DNA from: Methanoregula sp. PtaB.Bin085
Lineage (GTDB): Archaea; Halobacteriota; Methanomicrobia; Methanomicrobiales; Methanospirillaceae
Assembly (NCBI RefSeq): GCF_002067035.1
Contig: NZ_MVQB01000060.1
Span: forward strand, 103,499 to 167,498
Length of the DNA stretch: 64,000 nucleotides
Reading direction: 5' to 3'
Below are positions 63,355-64,000 of this stretch, piece after piece; position 1 is the stretch's first letter; each line of letters starts with the position of its first letter. The notes below the pieces were generated by a model that saw only the letters and a list, made by a program, of their open reading frames with translations, was not told the DNA's origin and made no database searches. The translations under genes and the position numbers were made by a program.

Positions 63355-64000
63355 TCATGACGGGCCGTTAGCAAGAATCCCGCGGTACCTTCCGGTTACA
63401 GCCATGAAGACGCACCAGATCGCGGTTATGGCGAGCGGGTAGAGGACGGCCCAGCCGACAAAGAGGAATATCGCACCGGTCAGGAGAAGGGAGACGATGC
63501 TGACGGGAACGCCCCACCGGCTGCCTTTCAAGAGGACGATACCGGCTGCACAGCCGCCGACATAGGTGAGAATGAAGGTTCCGCTCGGGACCTGGATGAG
63601 AACCGAAAGCGGGACCGCCCCCGCGTACGAGACGAGAAGGATGACCGCATACGAAGCCGCGAGGAACAGGAGGCCCCCGGCAGGAGAATGGTACGTTGCC
63701 GATCGCCATGCCAGCAGCCGGGGGGCAAACCCGTTCCGTGCAAGCGAGCAGGTGAGACGGGATGCCGCGCCCGTGTACGCGATCGCCGGCGCTATGCAGA
63801 TGAAGAGCGCTGCAATGCCTGCAACAACCGCACCGGCCGGGCCAAACGCAGCCCGGATGATATGGACAAGGGATGTATCCGAGAGCGCAGCGCCATAGCT
63901 CATGGTCCCGATAACAACAATCGCAGAGAGTATGTAAAGGATCGAGACGATGGCAGCAGCGACCAGTGTGCCGCGGACCGTGTCCTTTTGTGGATCGGCA
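63355..64000 (-). CDS. APC-family amino acid permease (C-terminal part; gene runs off the window)
   Basis: A polytopic hydrophobic frame stays open upstream of the ORF-track Met (…KDTVRGTLVAAAIVSILYILSAIVVIGTMSYGA…) to the window edge. Confidence 0.75.
   Translation of the reverse strand, partial: ADPQKDTVRGTLVAAAIVSILYILSAIVVIGTMSYGAALSDTSLVHIIRAAFGPAGAVVAGIAALFICIAPAIAYTGAASRLTCSLARNGFAPRLLAWRSATYHSPAGGLLFLAASYAVILLVSYAGAVPLSVLIQVPSGTFILTYVGGCAAGIVLLKGSRWGVPVSIVSLLLTGAIFLFVGWAVLYPLAITAIWCVFMAVTGRYRGILANGPS

Noticed and set aside
1-64000. Search for CRISPR arrays, rRNA, tRNA, transposases/integrases, and in-frame UGA/UAG recoding in hdrA/mcr genes.
   Set aside because: No regularly spaced repeats, no rRNA- or tRNA-like sequence and no transposase or integrase motifs were found. 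All methanogenesis genes read through without internal stops.

Overview
The gene content, about 57% GC and GC3-rich codon usage indicate a hydrogenotrophic, Methanomicrobiales-like methanogenic archaeon; the taxon cannot be proven from sequence alone. No rRNA, tRNA, CRISPR array or intact mobile element was recognised. All family names below come from motif recognition by eye, because no searches could be run.

Left part (1-33 kb):
- An archaeal L7Ae-S28e-L24e-Ndk cluster.
- A four-gene overlapping envelope-glycan cluster built around a function-unknown YYY-motif membrane protein.
- cetZ with a co-transcribed surface protein.
- A 480-bp AT-rich degenerate tandem-repeat intergenic region.
- Housekeeping genes: a DEAD-box helicase, an RNB exoribonuclease, dCMP deaminase, an Nre repair protein and a MarR-ABC exporter.
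- Paralogous secreted or lipoprotein-like genes.

Right part (33.5-54.3 kb): a contiguous methanogenesis block.
- A nine-gene minus-strand operon (33529-42129) has no intergenic base. It joins the 2-oxosuberate/coenzyme B precursor genes aksA-aksD-aksE-aksF to five uncharacterised genes. These are two tandem TiaS-kinase-like paralogues, a BioB/LipA-like radical SAM enzyme, an IorA-like TPP enzyme without a ferredoxin domain or beta subunit, and a Cys-rich unknown.
- This operon is followed by ftr, an 8-cluster polyferredoxin with hdrCBA-mvhD, and mcrBDCGA.

My main hypothesis is that the five extra genes encode the genetically unassigned late steps of coenzyme B biosynthesis.

Downstream of mcrA lies a decayed region with 20-bp repeats and a multiply frameshifted gene. 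After it come a Hanks kinase translationally coupled to an HTH-FHA regulator and a radical SAM/SPASM plus B12-binding gene pair.
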